A stretch of 64,000 nucleotides of DNA from the NCBI GenBank assembly GCA_045106415.1, contig JBGCEP010000010.1, positions 72,091 to 136,090 on the forward strand. The letters are read 5' to 3'. A program made the translations under genes and the position numbers. Below, piece after piece: positions 9,396 through 19,666 of this stretch; the first letter of the stretch is position 1; every line of letters begins with the position of its first letter. The notes beneath the pieces are model-generated. The model made no database searches and was not told the DNA's origin. It was given only the letters and a program-made list of their open reading frames with translations. The DNA is from Oligoflexales bacterium. GTDB taxonomy: Bacteria; Bdellovibrionota_B; Oligoflexia; Oligoflexales; Bog-1112.

Positions 9396-11453
9396 ATGGG
9401 TAAAAAAGTAGCTGTGCTTGGTGGTGGCATCGGAGCATTAACAGCAGCATTAGAGCTTGCTGAATCGGGTCAAAATTATGATATCACGGTTTATCAGCCA
9501 GGTTGGAGGTTGGGTGGTAAAGGTGCTAGTGGTCGAAATATGAGTGAAGATATGTCATGTCGTATTGAAGAGCATGGTTTGCATGTATGGTCAGGTCTTT
9601 ATGATAATGCTTTTAGGGTCATTCGTAAGTGTTATGGAGCTATGGACCGGCCTAAAGATGCGCCCTTAGCAACTTGGAGAGATGCGTTTAAAGAGTCTAA
9701 TCAAATGGTAATGTGGGAAGACTATAAAGGTAAATACAGTTCATGGGTTTTGAACACACCTCAAAATGGCGCTCTCCCAGGTGAAGAAGATGCTCAACCA
9801 CTTCTTTCACTTTCTGAGTATGTAAATCAGATTATTAAATATTTATTTAGCCAAGCGTTAGATTGTCAGAAGTGGAAATATGAAATGTCTACGCGATCTT
9901 TTTTAAGTATCGTGATGTGGTATGTGGGATCAAGAGCGTTATGGTTCCTTTCTGGAATTATTTTATTTCTTATGAATATATTAAGGCATTTCAGATTTGT
10001 GAGAGGTCTCACAAATATGCTTTTAGCTGTGTATAAAAAAAGTTTATGGTGTGTTGTTAAAAATAAAATGGATGATGAAAAAGTAAGGAGATCTTGGATT
10101 ACTGTAAACTTTGGTTGCGGTAATATTCGAGGAATGTTGAAAGATGATATTTTGGGTCGAGGGTTTGATGTTATTAATAACCAAGATTATTTAGATTGGG
10201 TAAAACAACATCTTGTTGATGATGGTGGTTTGACTGCAAATTCACCTTTTGGGACCTTTATTTATGACGCACAGTTTTCATATGTTGGAGGTGATTTAAA
10301 GAAGCCGAAATTTGCAGCCGGTTATGCATTAATGACAATTGTGCGGATGGCTTTAACTTTTAAAGGCTCTCTTATATGGAAAATGCAAGCAGGGATGGGT
10401 GATGTTGTTTTCACACCATTGTATGAGGCTTTGAAGAAAAAAGGTGTGAAATTTCAGTTCTTTTATCAAGCGAGATCTTTGCATTTATCAAGTGATAAAA
10501 AAAATGTTGAGAGTATAACAATTGCTAAGCAAGCGCACCTCGTTAGTGGTCTTGCTGAGTATCAACCGCTTGTTGATATCAAAGGGTTGCCGTGTTGGCC
10601 TAGCACTCCTTTGAATGATCAAATTGAAGAGCGATACCCTGAAGATTGGGATCCTGATTCTTTGAAGATCGATTATGCAGATACTTTTCAGCTGAAAAAG
10701 GGTGAAGATTTTGATGAAATTGTATTGGGAATACCAGTTGCTTGTTTGGGCGATCTGTGCCAGGAGCTTGTTCAAGAGAATCAAAAATGGAAAGATATGA
10801 CAACGAAACTTGTTACTGTCGGAACACAAGCTTTGCAGCTCTGGTTCAAAAAAACCGGCGATGAGATGGATTTTGTAAGCCAAGAACAACCCATTACAGT
10901 GACGTATCATACAAGCCCATTAAACACTTTTGCTGATATGAGTTATTTAACAAAAGAAGAAGGGTGGCCAGCTCGTGGTGAAAAGTATCCACAGAGTTTA
11001 TTTTATCTTTGTGGCCCTATGAGAGACGATGAAGATTATAAAGAAACGGCCAAACATTTATGCTCTAACCTTATGGAACCGCTGCTTCCAAGTGGTGTGA
11101 ACCCACCGAAAACACCAGGGGCGCCTCTGGATTGGGAAAATTTAGTAGATAACCAAACTCCTGAAGCACAGGGTGAAAAAAGGTTAGAAAGTCAGTATCT
11201 TCGAGGCAACACAACTCCGTCACAAAGATTTACTCTTACTTTGCCAAATGCCTCTAAGTATAGAATTAAGCCAGGAGAGTCAGGATTTGCAAACCTGTTT
11301 CTTGCTGGTGACTGGACGGATAATAGTTTTAATGTTGCTAATATAGAGTCAACAGTTATGTCAGGTATGCTTGCTTCTAACGCAATGTGTGGCTATCCAG
11401 AAAAAGAAAAAATAACAGGTCTAAATTTTGGTCGAGCTGATCATAAGCTATAG
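9396..11453 (+). CDS. FAD/NAD(P)-binding oxidoreductase (amine oxidase / carotenoid desaturase-like superfamily)
   Basis: N-terminal VAVLGGGIGAL, RLGGKGAS, IEEHGLHVW; C-terminal NLFLAGDWT...ESTVMSG. Confidence 0.8.
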   Translation: MGKKVAVLGGGIGALTAALELAESGQNYDITVYQPGWRLGGKGASGRNMSEDMSCRIEEHGLHVWSGLYDNAFRVIRKCYGAMDRPKDAPLATWRDAFKESNQMVMWEDYKGKYSSWVLNTPQNGALPGEEDAQPLLSLSEYVNQIIKYLFSQALDCQKWKYEMSTRSFLSIVMWYVGSRALWFLSGIILFLMNILRHFRFVRGLTNMLLAVYKKSLWCVVKNKMDDEKVRRSWITVNFGCGNIRGMLKDDILGRGFDVINNQDYLDWVKQHLVDDGGLTANSPFGTFIYDAQFSYVGGDLKKPKFAAGYALMTIVRMALTFKGSLIWKMQAGMGDVVFTPLYEALKKKGVKFQFFYQARSLHLSSDKKNVESITIAKQAHLVSGLAEYQPLVDIKGLPCWPSTPLNDQIEERYPEDWDPDSLKIDYADTFQLKKGEDFDEIVLGIPVACLGDLCQELVQENQKWKDMTTKLVTVGTQALQLWFKKTGDEMDFVSQEQPITVTYHTSPLNTFADMSYLTKEEGWPARGEKYPQSLFYLCGPMRDDEDYKETAKHLCSNLMEPLLPSGVNPPKTPGAPLDWENLVDNQTPEAQGEKRLESQYLRGNTTPSQRFTLTLPNASKYRIKPGESGFANLFLAGDWTDNSFNVANIESTVMSGMLASNAMCGYPEKEKITGLNFGRADHKL

Positions 11454-11622
11454 TTTTTATTGATGCACGGCTCTTTTGGGGGGCCATGCATATCATGCCT
11501 TTTTTTAGATCCTTAAACCCTTGTAAATATTATGAAAATAAAAAAGAGTATGTATTGGCTTATGTGAAACTCTGATGTTCCGATATGTAGCTTCGAAGAG
11601 CCACGGGTTTTAGGAGTTTTTT

Positions 11623-13560
11623 GTGAAATTTCACAATTTTCAATATTCTTTTTTCTTTTTATTTATTTTCTCTTGTGCAAAACCCCAAGAAAAAATTGAA
11701 CGTAAACAAGCTGTTAATAAACTCCTTGTTGCAGGTAGGAGCACACCAGATACCTACCTTTCTCAACCACAGCTTAATCTTGACTCTAAAAAATTGTGGC
11801 AGCATTTCTCACAAATAGACCCTATTCAGTGCGCTGAAAAAAACTTAATAGAAAAAGCTGTAAGCCATATACAAATTAAAGGTGATTTGAAACCTTCTGA
11901 GAAATTTATGACATGGGTTGACGATCGATTTGCTGTCTTAGTGTGGCGTGTGGAAAGAGACGGCATTGAGATTCGAGATGCGTATGTAGAAGCAACTTTT
12001 TACCGTAAAGGTGATAGATGCTTTTTAAGAGAGATTGCTGATCATAGTTTATCAAGTATGAATATTGTGACGAAGACAGCGCCAGTACACGATGATTTCT
12101 CAGGTGTGACAGCTTCTGATTTTAAACTTATGAGTTCACGTGTGATTTACTTTGCTACAAATAAAGGTCTTCAAGAAGCTCGAGAGTGGAAAGCAAGTAA
12201 GGATGATGAAATTTTAACTGTTACAGCCGTTGGGCTTGAGTTGGAAGATGTTAAAGAAGCTTTTAATAATCATTTCCATGCTGAAAGAACCGTTTATATG
12301 GAGGCTTATAAAGACAACTATTTAGAAGCGACCCCCACAAGATTTATAGCACCTTTTTTGTCTATGGGAGACGGCCTCTTTACCGATGGTGATGGAGTCA
12401 TCGAAGATGGGAACCTTGTTGAGCTCAGAGGAGAGAGGGTGACGATCGTTGACCCTAATGGAAACGTTGTTCAGGTTCAAGGAGAAGAGCAGGCTGACGG
12501 ATCTTTATTAGTTGCTATGGCGCCACCTTTAGATTCTGAGCTGCATACTTATGTCGGTTTGAATAGAATGGCGCGTTTTGCCTTGAGGCACTTAAAAACG
12601 TCTGACTCATCGTTGTTATCTCGATCTATTCAGGTCACCCCCAAAAGAGCTGATGCGAATGGCTGTAATGCTTTTTATTCAAGTGGTGGAAATCCATCGA
12701 CGGGATTTTTAGTGTTTTTTGCACAAAGTGCACTGTGTGTAAATACAGCCCTCCTCATGGATGTTATAGCGCATGAGTGGTGCCATGCTTTGCATGATGC
12801 AACAGGACAGCCAGGAATTCAGGATAGCGCGGCATCTGAGGGGCTTGCAGATACATGTGCATCTTATCTATTGGGAAGACCAGAGATGGCGAGAGGTTTC
12901 TTTATTGGTAATGATGCCCCTATCCGTGAGGTGAGTACAGATAGGATTTATCCTGGAGATGTTCCAGCCGATAGGCAGGTTCATACCGAAGGTCTTATTA
13001 TTGGAAGCACTTTTTGGAGCTTGCGTGAAGCGATGGTAGAGAAGTATGGCCCCACACAAGGAGCTTATGTGGCTGAAAAACTGTTTTTTCAACACTTACT
13101 GACTACGAATACTTATTTAGACGCATATAGAGGAGTGCTCCGTGTTGATGATGATGACGGAGATCCTATGACGCAGAGTCCTAATCATTGTCTGATTACT
13201 GACGTTTTCTTGAAACATGGTTTAGCTGAAGAAAACGATCTTCCTGATGGTTGTGATGACTCTGGAATAGTGACACCTATACCTGTTCATGATGACTTAA
13301 AAGTTTCAATGGAAAGTAAAGATGACGGAATTTTATTCCATGTGGCGGGAGCTGAAGTGGCAGAGGTTGTTATCTGTGCAGGTGAAGAAGTGTGTGAGAA
13401 AAAAGATGGTGTTTTGATGATAACCTCGGGAAAAAAAGAAAATTTAGACTTTTTCTTGTATGAAGGTGACCGTTTAGCCCCAGGGTCATTCGTGACCTTT
13501 GTGACGTATGGATATTATGGTGATAAAAAAATGAAAACAATGAAGGTTGTGAGTAAATAG
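11623..13560 (+). CDS. Secreted lipoprotein zinc metalloprotease (M4/M36-like)
   Basis: Lipobox-like FSC; CNAFY; HEWCH (HExxH) with downstream SEGLAD; N-terminal propeptide-like region. Confidence 0.75.
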   Translation: MKFHNFQYSFFFLFIFSCAKPQEKIERKQAVNKLLVAGRSTPDTYLSQPQLNLDSKKLWQHFSQIDPIQCAEKNLIEKAVSHIQIKGDLKPSEKFMTWVDDRFAVLVWRVERDGIEIRDAYVEATFYRKGDRCFLREIADHSLSSMNIVTKTAPVHDDFSGVTASDFKLMSSRVIYFATNKGLQEAREWKASKDDEILTVTAVGLELEDVKEAFNNHFHAERTVYMEAYKDNYLEATPTRFIAPFLSMGDGLFTDGDGVIEDGNLVELRGERVTIVDPNGNVVQVQGEEQADGSLLVAMAPPLDSELHTYVGLNRMARFALRHLKTSDSSLLSRSIQVTPKRADANGCNAFYSSGGNPSTGFLVFFAQSALCVNTALLMDVIAHEWCHALHDATGQPGIQDSAASEGLADTCASYLLGRPEMARGFFIGNDAPIREVSTDRIYPGDVPADRQVHTEGLIIGSTFWSLREAMVEKYGPTQGAYVAEKLFFQHLLTTNTYLDAYRGVLRVDDDDGDPMTQSPNHCLITDVFLKHGLAEENDLPDGCDDSGIVTPIPVHDDLKVSMESKDDGILFHVAGAEVAEVVICAGEEVCEKKDGVLMITSGKKENLDFFLYEGDRLAPGSFVTFVTYGYYGDKKMKTMKVVSK

Positions 13561-13578
13561 CTCGTGGAAAGGGCAGAT

Positions 13579-14355
13579 ATGTTAAAAAAAATATTACTCT
13601 TAATGTCTTCTTTTACATTTGCTTTTTGTGAAAACACTCGTAATCAGAGTGCGGGTTTTGGAAGTCAGTCTGGTGTGGAGATATCAGGCGAGTGGGGAGA
13701 GGATCAAGGTGAAAATGAAAATGACGATAAATCTTCAAACTACGCAAAAAAGAAGAAGAGCTCTAAACAATCGAAATCCTTTACTCTGACTGAGTGTGAA
13801 TTAAACTTATCGCTAGCGAGCTCCTGGCAAGGTTTAAGTCTTTCTCTTGATGTTGATGGTGAAGAAGGTGATCTATGCGAAGCGCTACGGAAGACAGAGA
13901 AAAGATCTGCAGTGGTTTATTTTCTGGATGAGGATTGTGAGGGGTGCGAGCAGGAAATACGTAATATTTATCTTGCTATTCAGAGAAACGATTTTCGTGA
14001 AGATATCGGCTTTATTGTGATTGGTCATGATGAAAAAGAATCAAAATTTATTGAGGATCAAGCGCCAGGTAGTGTGTTTGCTATTGACTTAAAGCAAAGT
14101 TTTTTGAAATCGATACCAGACGATATTCAAGACGATAGAGACGATGAACGTTTCCCTTTACTGTTAGGCTTAAACGGTGATCTAGAGTATAAATTTGTAC
14201 ATATGGATACATATCTTGAGGTTGTTGATGAAACTGTTGAGTTGCTTCAAGATTTTGATAGTGATGTTGAGAGTGATCCTATTGAAACAAAAACATCCTG
14301 GGACGGCGACAAACACCAAGGGACAGGTCTTCTTGATGTGATACCTGTTCATTAA
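13579..14355 (+). CDS. Exported acidic protein with thioredoxin-like CxxC
   Basis: Signal peptide MLKKILLL; VVYF..CEGC motif; later FP. Confidence 0.45.
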   Translation: MLKKILLLMSSFTFAFCENTRNQSAGFGSQSGVEISGEWGEDQGENENDDKSSNYAKKKKSSKQSKSFTLTECELNLSLASSWQGLSLSLDVDGEEGDLCEALRKTEKRSAVVYFLDEDCEGCEQEIRNIYLAIQRNDFREDIGFIVIGHDEKESKFIEDQAPGSVFAIDLKQSFLKSIPDDIQDDRDDERFPLLLGLNGDLEYKFVHMDTYLEVVDETVELLQDFDSDVESDPIETKTSWDGDKHQGTGLLDVIPVH

Positions 14356-14434
14356 TGAACAGATGGCTGTTTTGCTCTTGTGAGAGGTTCCTGTAGAATG
14401 GAAGCACACATCATTAAATTTATGATCGGAGTGC

Positions 14435-14845
14435 TTGTTGGAAGAGTCGCAGAGCTTTCTATGTATTGTTGATGACGACCCTGATACGTGTCAGCTGTTG
14501 GCTGAGCAAATCGAGTCAGATTTATATGAAACTAAAATATTTACATGCCCTCGAGAAGGACTTGCGTTTCTTGCGCAGCATAAGCCTTTTGGAATCATTC
14601 TTGATTATTATATGCCTGTGATGAACGGTAGTGAGTTTTGTGCTGAGGCGCAGAAACTTGGAGTCGAGCAGGGGTGCGTTGTGATGATGTCAAGTTGGCC
14701 TCCTGAGAGTGGTCGTATCCCTGAAGGTATAGAGAAGACGGTGCGTTACTTTTTGGAGAAGCCTGATGCTTTAGAGAGGCTTCCCCTCATAGTCTCACAG
14801 TTGTATGATGAGAGGTATGGCGGTTCTAAGGAACCTCCTTCTTAG
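14435..14845 (+). CDS. Single-domain response regulator
   Basis: IVDDD, LDYYMPVMNG, EKP. Confidence 0.85.
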   Translation: MLEESQSFLCIVDDDPDTCQLLAEQIESDLYETKIFTCPREGLAFLAQHKPFGIILDYYMPVMNGSEFCAEAQKLGVEQGCVVMMSSWPPESGRIPEGIEKTVRYFLEKPDALERLPLIVSQLYDERYGGSKEPPS

Positions 14846-14934
14846 ATCCTTGAAATTTGATTGCAGTTTTCAAAAATCTTGATTAGAATACGATCGAATC
14901 CAAAAGTAATGAACTGAATGTGTTGGGAAACATT

Positions 14935-16662
14935 ATGTCGGGACAGGATCATCATGAATTGTCGTTTTGGGAAAAGTATGTCTTTTCAACTGACCACAAA
15001 ACGATAGGTATTCAGTACGGAATTACAGCTCTTCTCTTTATGTTGGCTGGTTTTGGTTTAATGTTGCTCATGAGGTGGCAACTTGCTTATCCTTTTGAAG
15101 CAATTCCTGCTTTCAAATCGATGTTCAGCTTTGATCGGATGCCTGATGGTGTGATGACAGGGGAGTTTTATAATGGGTTGGGTGCTATGCACGGAACCAT
15201 TATGATTTTTCTTGGTGTTGTGCCGATGGGAGTTGGAGCTTTAGGGAATTATGTTCTTCCGTTGCAAATTGGTGCGGTCGATATGGCTTTTCCTAAAATT
15301 AACATGATGAGCTACCACAGTTATTTCTGGGGTGGCGTTCTTATGTTGTTAAGTTTCCTTGCTCCTGGAGGACCAGCAAATACTGGTTGGACAGCGTATC
15401 CGCCTCTTTCTGTTCTTTCTGAGACTTCCGGTCAGACAATGTGGCTATTCTCGATGGTGTTTTTAATTACGTCTTCACTTCTTGGTTCGTTAAACTTTAT
15501 TGTTACAACGGTTCAGCTTCGAGCTAAAGGTATGTCTTATTTTAGAATGCCAATCTTTGTTTGGGCACAGCTCGTGACTTCTTTCTTGCTTTTATTGGCG
15601 TTTCCTCCTCTTGAAGCAGCTGCTGTACTTCAGCTGATGGACCGTCTTGCGGGAACAAGTTTCTTTATGGCAAGTGGGCTGTATGTTGGTGGTGAGGCTA
15701 TTGGTTATGCTGGTGGCGGGAGCGCTCTTCTTTATCAGCACCTTTTCTGGTTTCTTGGGCACCCTGAAGTTTATGTTTTAATTTTACCGGCCCTAGGAAC
15801 AGTGGCTGAAATTATTGCTGTGAATACAAGAAAACCTTTATATGGCTATACTTCTCTTGTTTATTCAATGATTTTTCTTGGGTTCATGTCGATGATTGTA
15901 TGGGCGCATCATATGTATATGACGGGTATGGGCTCTATTATGAGCGCTTTCTTTCAAACAACAACTATGATTATTTCTGTGCCTTCAGTCGTTATTCTGG
16001 CTTGTATGATGCTCTCCCTTTGGGGAGGAAGTATTCGTTTTAACACCCCAATGCTTTTTGCCTTAGGCTTCTTACCAATGTTTGGTATTGGTGGTTTAAC
16101 GGGCTTGCCTCTGGGTTTAGCTGCAACAGATATTACTTTGCACGATACTTATTATGTGATTGGCCACTTTCATTATGTTGTAGCTCCAGGGACAATCTTC
16201 GCACTCTTTGCCGCCGTGTACTTTTGGTACCCTAAAGCTACAGGTCGTATGATGAATGAATTTTGGGGAAAGATTCATTTTTTTGGGTCTTTTGTTTGCA
16301 TGAATTTGATTTTCTTTCCGATGCTGATTCAAGGTTTAGCAGGGATGAATCGCCGTGTTTATGATGGTGGAGCGATGTACCAATTTAATGCAGAAGTTCT
16401 TCATCTTAACTATTGGATTTTAGTCGGTGGTCTTGGTTTAGCTGTTTTTCAGATTCCGTTTATTTTGAATTTTTTCCTTTCAATAAAACGTGGACAAAAA
16501 GTTGGCGCTAACCCTTGGGATGCAACAACTATTGAGTGGGCAGATGCTCCTTCCCCACCACCACACGGAAACTTTTTGAAAGAAATTGTTGTTCACCGAG
16601 GCCCTTATGAGTACAGCGTGCCAGGTGATGATCGTGATTATATTCCACAAACACAGGCTTGA
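14935..16662 (+). CDS. ctaD: Cytochrome c oxidase subunit I (A1-type)
   Basis: HGTIM, GHPEVY, VWAHHM, HDTYYVIGHFHY. Confidence 0.97.
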   Translation: MSGQDHHELSFWEKYVFSTDHKTIGIQYGITALLFMLAGFGLMLLMRWQLAYPFEAIPAFKSMFSFDRMPDGVMTGEFYNGLGAMHGTIMIFLGVVPMGVGALGNYVLPLQIGAVDMAFPKINMMSYHSYFWGGVLMLLSFLAPGGPANTGWTAYPPLSVLSETSGQTMWLFSMVFLITSSLLGSLNFIVTTVQLRAKGMSYFRMPIFVWAQLVTSFLLLLAFPPLEAAAVLQLMDRLAGTSFFMASGLYVGGEAIGYAGGGSALLYQHLFWFLGHPEVYVLILPALGTVAEIIAVNTRKPLYGYTSLVYSMIFLGFMSMIVWAHHMYMTGMGSIMSAFFQTTTMIISVPSVVILACMMLSLWGGSIRFNTPMLFALGFLPMFGIGGLTGLPLGLAATDITLHDTYYVIGHFHYVVAPGTIFALFAAVYFWYPKATGRMMNEFWGKIHFFGSFVCMNLIFFPMLIQGLAGMNRRVYDGGAMYQFNAEVLHLNYWILVGGLGLAVFQIPFILNFFLSIKRGQKVGANPWDATTIEWADAPSPPPHGNFLKEIVVHRGPYEYSVPGDDRDYIPQTQA

Positions 16663-17270
16663 GGGGGTGTTCGGTGAGTGTTGTTATTCCTTATGTAAGT
16701 ACTCCGCGGCCTGATACTGGGGTTACAAATGCAAAATTGGGTATTTGGCTGTTTCTTTTATCAGAAGTGATGCTTTTTGGTGGTTTGTTTTCCGCTTATA
16801 TTTTATTGAGAGTCGGAGCTGATGTTTGGCCAGAAGGGGTTGAGGTGCTTAACGTACCTATTGCAACTGTAAACACGCTTGTCCTTATTATTTCAAGTGT
16901 TACGGTTGTGTTAGGGTGGGCAGCTCTGGTTGAAAAAAACTTTAAGCTCTACCGTATCTATATGATTGTCACTTTATTATGTGGCGTTGCTTTTATGATT
17001 AATAAAAGTATTGAATATGCGAGTAAGTTTTCTCACGGAATATCTCCTGCGACGGATAATTTTTACGGAATCTACTTTACTATTACCGGACTTCATGGTT
17101 TGCACGTTTTAGGTGGAATGTTAGCTCTTGCCTGGTTAGCGTGGCCTGGTAGTAAAATGTGGGAGACTGATCCAGAGCGTTTTACGGGGCGTGTAGAATG
17201 TGCAGGGTTGTTTTGGCACTTAGTGGATTTAGTCTGGATTGTTGTGTTTCCTGTTCTGTATTTGATTTAA
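16659..17270 (+). CDS. ctaE: Cytochrome c oxidase subunit III (likely start GTG 16674)
   Basis: WLFLLSEVMLFGGLF, TGLHGLHV, WHLVDLVW. Confidence 0.93.
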   Translation: MRGCSVSVVIPYVSTPRPDTGVTNAKLGIWLFLLSEVMLFGGLFSAYILLRVGADVWPEGVEVLNVPIATVNTLVLIISSVTVVLGWAALVEKNFKLYRIYMIVTLLCGVAFMINKSIEYASKFSHGISPATDNFYGIYFTITGLHGLHVLGGMLALAWLAWPGSKMWETDPERFTGRVECAGLFWHLVDLVWIVVFPVLYLI

Positions 17271-17288
17271 GTCAAAGTGGGGTTCAAA

Positions 17289-17585
17289 ATGGCTGGTGCC
17301 GATGGTTTGCAAGAATATAAAAAAGCTTGTTTTGTTGTTTTTGGTTGCCTTATGGTGCTTACGGTTTTGACGGTTGCTGTTGCGTATATCAAAATGCAAA
17401 CACAGCTCGCAATTGCTGTTGCTTTGTGTATCGCTGGAGCTAAAATGACTTTAGTTCTTGGTTGGTTTATGCACTTAGTGTCTGAGAAAGCGATTATCCG
17501 CTATTCATTAGCTATGACTTTTTTCTTCTTTATTTTTTTACTTCTACTGCCAGTGATAAACGATACGCATTTAATTGGATCGTAG
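17289..17585 (+). CDS. ctaF: Cytochrome c oxidase subunit IV
   Basis: 3 TM; AK...FMHL motif. Confidence 0.8.
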   Translation: MAGADGLQEYKKACFVVFGCLMVLTVLTVAVAYIKMQTQLAIAVALCIAGAKMTLVLGWFMHLVSEKAIIRYSLAMTFFFFIFLLLLPVINDTHLIGS

Positions 17586-17600
17586 GATGAAGAGGTTGTT

Positions 17601-17828
17601 ATGTCTTTAAGAATATTTCATATTGTTTTTATTTTAAGCTCCATCATACTCCTTGGTGGATATACTTATTGGTCAGCTGTCGCTTACACTGAAGTCGATA
17701 ATGTGTTCTACCTTGTTTCAGCAGCAGGCTCTGTTTTTGGCTGTGTTTTGCTAGCTTTTTATTTAAAGACAGCGATAGAAAAAGCAGGGCAGGAGGTCAA
17801 AAAATGGCGGCAAGTCTTAGCAGGCTGA
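17601..17828 (+). CDS. Small 2-TM membrane protein in the oxidase operon
   Basis: SD GAGG; MSLRIFHIVFI; operon context. Confidence 0.6.
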   Translation: MSLRIFHIVFILSSIILLGGYTYWSAVAYTEVDNVFYLVSAAGSVFGCVLLAFYLKTAIEKAGQEVKKWRQVLAG

Positions 17829-18058
17829 TTTTGTCTTTTTTACTTCTAAGTAGTACACCTCTTTTCAGTTGCCCAACTTGTATGTCAGCTGGTGGAGAAG
17901 CAGTTAAGGGTTTGTTTTGGTCAATGCTGGCTTTATTTTTAACTGTTTTATTTGTTCTGTGTGGATTGGCGGGTTATTTTTTGTTTTTAAAAAATCAAGC
18001 GACAGCTCATGCAGCCAAAGAGAGCAGTCTTTATTTAAACAAACGTGAAGGAGAGTGA
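17804..18058 (+). CDS. Small membrane protein with CxxC (CPTC)
   Basis: SD AGGAGG; signal peptide, CPTC, one TM. Confidence 0.6.
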   Translation: MAASLSRLILSFLLLSSTPLFSCPTCMSAGGEAVKGLFWSMLALFLTVLFVLCGLAGYFLFLKNQATAHAAKESSLYLNKREGE

Positions 18059-18061
18059 ATC

Positions 18062-18862
18062 GTGACGGCTAACATGAAGGAGTTTTTAGGCTTTCGTTTA
18101 TTGCCTGAGGTGGCATCAGCTCACGGTGATCATCTCGACGATATCATGCTTTATCTTCATATTTTAATGATAGTTTTGGCTGTGGGTTGGGGGCTTTATC
18201 TTATTGTTGCTCTCTTTAAATTCCGAGCTGGACGTGGTCATAAAGCAGATTATCACGGAGTGCAGTCTTCGGTTGCAAAATATATCGAAATCGGTGTTGT
18301 TGTTATTGAGGTTGTTTTGCTTCTTTGTTTTTCTATCCCTTTTTGGGGAAAGTGGGTAGATGCAGAACAACAGATGACAAACACCGAAGAAGAGAATGCC
18401 ACTGTCGTTCGTGTTGTTGCGCAACAGTTTCAGTGGAATTTTCATTATGCTGGTCCTGACGGTAAATTTGGTATGGTCAGCCCTGATTTTTACGATAAAA
18501 ACCCTGTAGGATTAGATCCTGAAGATCCGTGGGGTGCTGATAATTTTATCACGCAGCATGAGATGCACGTGCCTGTTGGCCGGCGTGTTGTTGCTTATAT
18601 TACATCACGAGATGTGATTCATGGGTTCGGAGTTCCTGCTATGAGAGTGAAGCAAGATGCAACACCAGGTGTGAATGTCCCTATTTCCTGGATCCCAACT
18701 AAAGAAGGTGTTTATGAGATTGCTTGTTCTCAATTATGCGGAGCCGGGCACGGTTTGATGAGAGGTGTGCTTGTCGTTCATAGCGAGGATGACTATAAAG
18801 CCTGGTTGGCACAGCAGTACGATAAAGATGATGTTGAGCGTATGTTTGCAGGAAATAAATAA
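18062..18862 (+). CDS. ctaC: Cytochrome c oxidase subunit II
   Basis: DVIHGF and CuA site CSQLCGAGHGLM. Confidence 0.93.
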   Translation: MTANMKEFLGFRLLPEVASAHGDHLDDIMLYLHILMIVLAVGWGLYLIVALFKFRAGRGHKADYHGVQSSVAKYIEIGVVVIEVVLLLCFSIPFWGKWVDAEQQMTNTEEENATVVRVVAQQFQWNFHYAGPDGKFGMVSPDFYDKNPVGLDPEDPWGADNFITQHEMHVPVGRRVVAYITSRDVIHGFGVPAMRVKQDATPGVNVPISWIPTKEGVYEIACSQLCGAGHGLMRGVLVVHSEDDYKAWLAQQYDKDDVERMFAGNK

Positions 18863-18904
18863 CGACTGATTGACAAATAGGTCTTGTAAGAAGGAGCCAA
18901 AGAA

Positions 18905-19501
18905 ATGCTGTTCTGTAGAAGTTTGTTGATGTTTCTCTCTGTTTTTACCACAACTTTTGCGTTGGGTTCCGAGGCTCTTTACAATTATGATAGCCTGATC
19001 TACCGATATAATTGTGTGAGTTGTCACGGTAAGGACGGTCATTTCCCAACTGTTCCGGGTTACCCTAGGATAGGTGGGCTTTCCCAAGGGTATCTTAAAC
19101 AGCAGTTACAAGACTTTCGTTCAGGAAAGCGAGTGAACTCTCGTGGTAAAACGATGCATGATCTTGCCAGGGCATTCTCAGATGATGTGATTGAAGCTTT
19201 GTCAACTGAAATTTCAGCTTATACGCTCCCGGCTGTTAAGAGTGTCCCTGAGCATCCAGGCAAGAAATTGTATGCAGAAAAAGGCTGTATCGCATGCCAT
19301 GGTATGGATGGTTCTCAGCCCATTGCTTCTTTCTACCCTGCAATTGCTGGGCAGCATCGAGATTATTTATACACTCAATCTACAGATATCAAATACAAAA
19401 GACGAACAGGGGGTCAAGCGGTGGCAATGGCAGCTATTATTGCAGCTGTGCCAGATGAAGACCTTAAAGTGATTTCAGAATGGTTGGAATCTGTTCGTTA
19501 A
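18905..19501 (+). CDS. Di-heme cytochrome c4-like
   Basis: Signal peptide; CVSCH and CIACH; YPxIxG motifs. Confidence 0.88.
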   Translation: MLFCRSLLMFLSVFTTTFALGSEALYNYDSLIYRYNCVSCHGKDGHFPTVPGYPRIGGLSQGYLKQQLQDFRSGKRVNSRGKTMHDLARAFSDDVIEALSTEISAYTLPAVKSVPEHPGKKLYAEKGCIACHGMDGSQPIASFYPAIAGQHRDYLYTQSTDIKYKRRTGGQAVAMAAIIAAVPDEDLKVISEWLESVR

Positions 19502-19520
19502 AAAAATAAGTATTTCTTTG

Positions 19521-19553
19521 AAAAAACCGCGATGTTATTCGCGGTTTTTTTTT
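19521..19553 (+). terminator. Intrinsic terminator of the oxidase operon
   Basis: AAAAAACCGCGA-tgttat-TCGCGGTTTTTT then further Ts. Confidence 0.85.
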
Positions 19554-19666
19554 ATACTTGAAAAGATAGAAAAGCCTCGTTAGAGTTTCACTTCTTTTGT
19601 GGTAAGCACTGCTTATAAAAGTTTTTTAGTCGTATCACTTGATGGTATGTCTGAAGAGGCGTTTTT

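Noticed and set aside
10881..10901. CCCATTACAG match to the scaffold end as a guide target
   Set aside because: Only 10 nt, and it matches the conserved scaffold rather than a guide; likely chance
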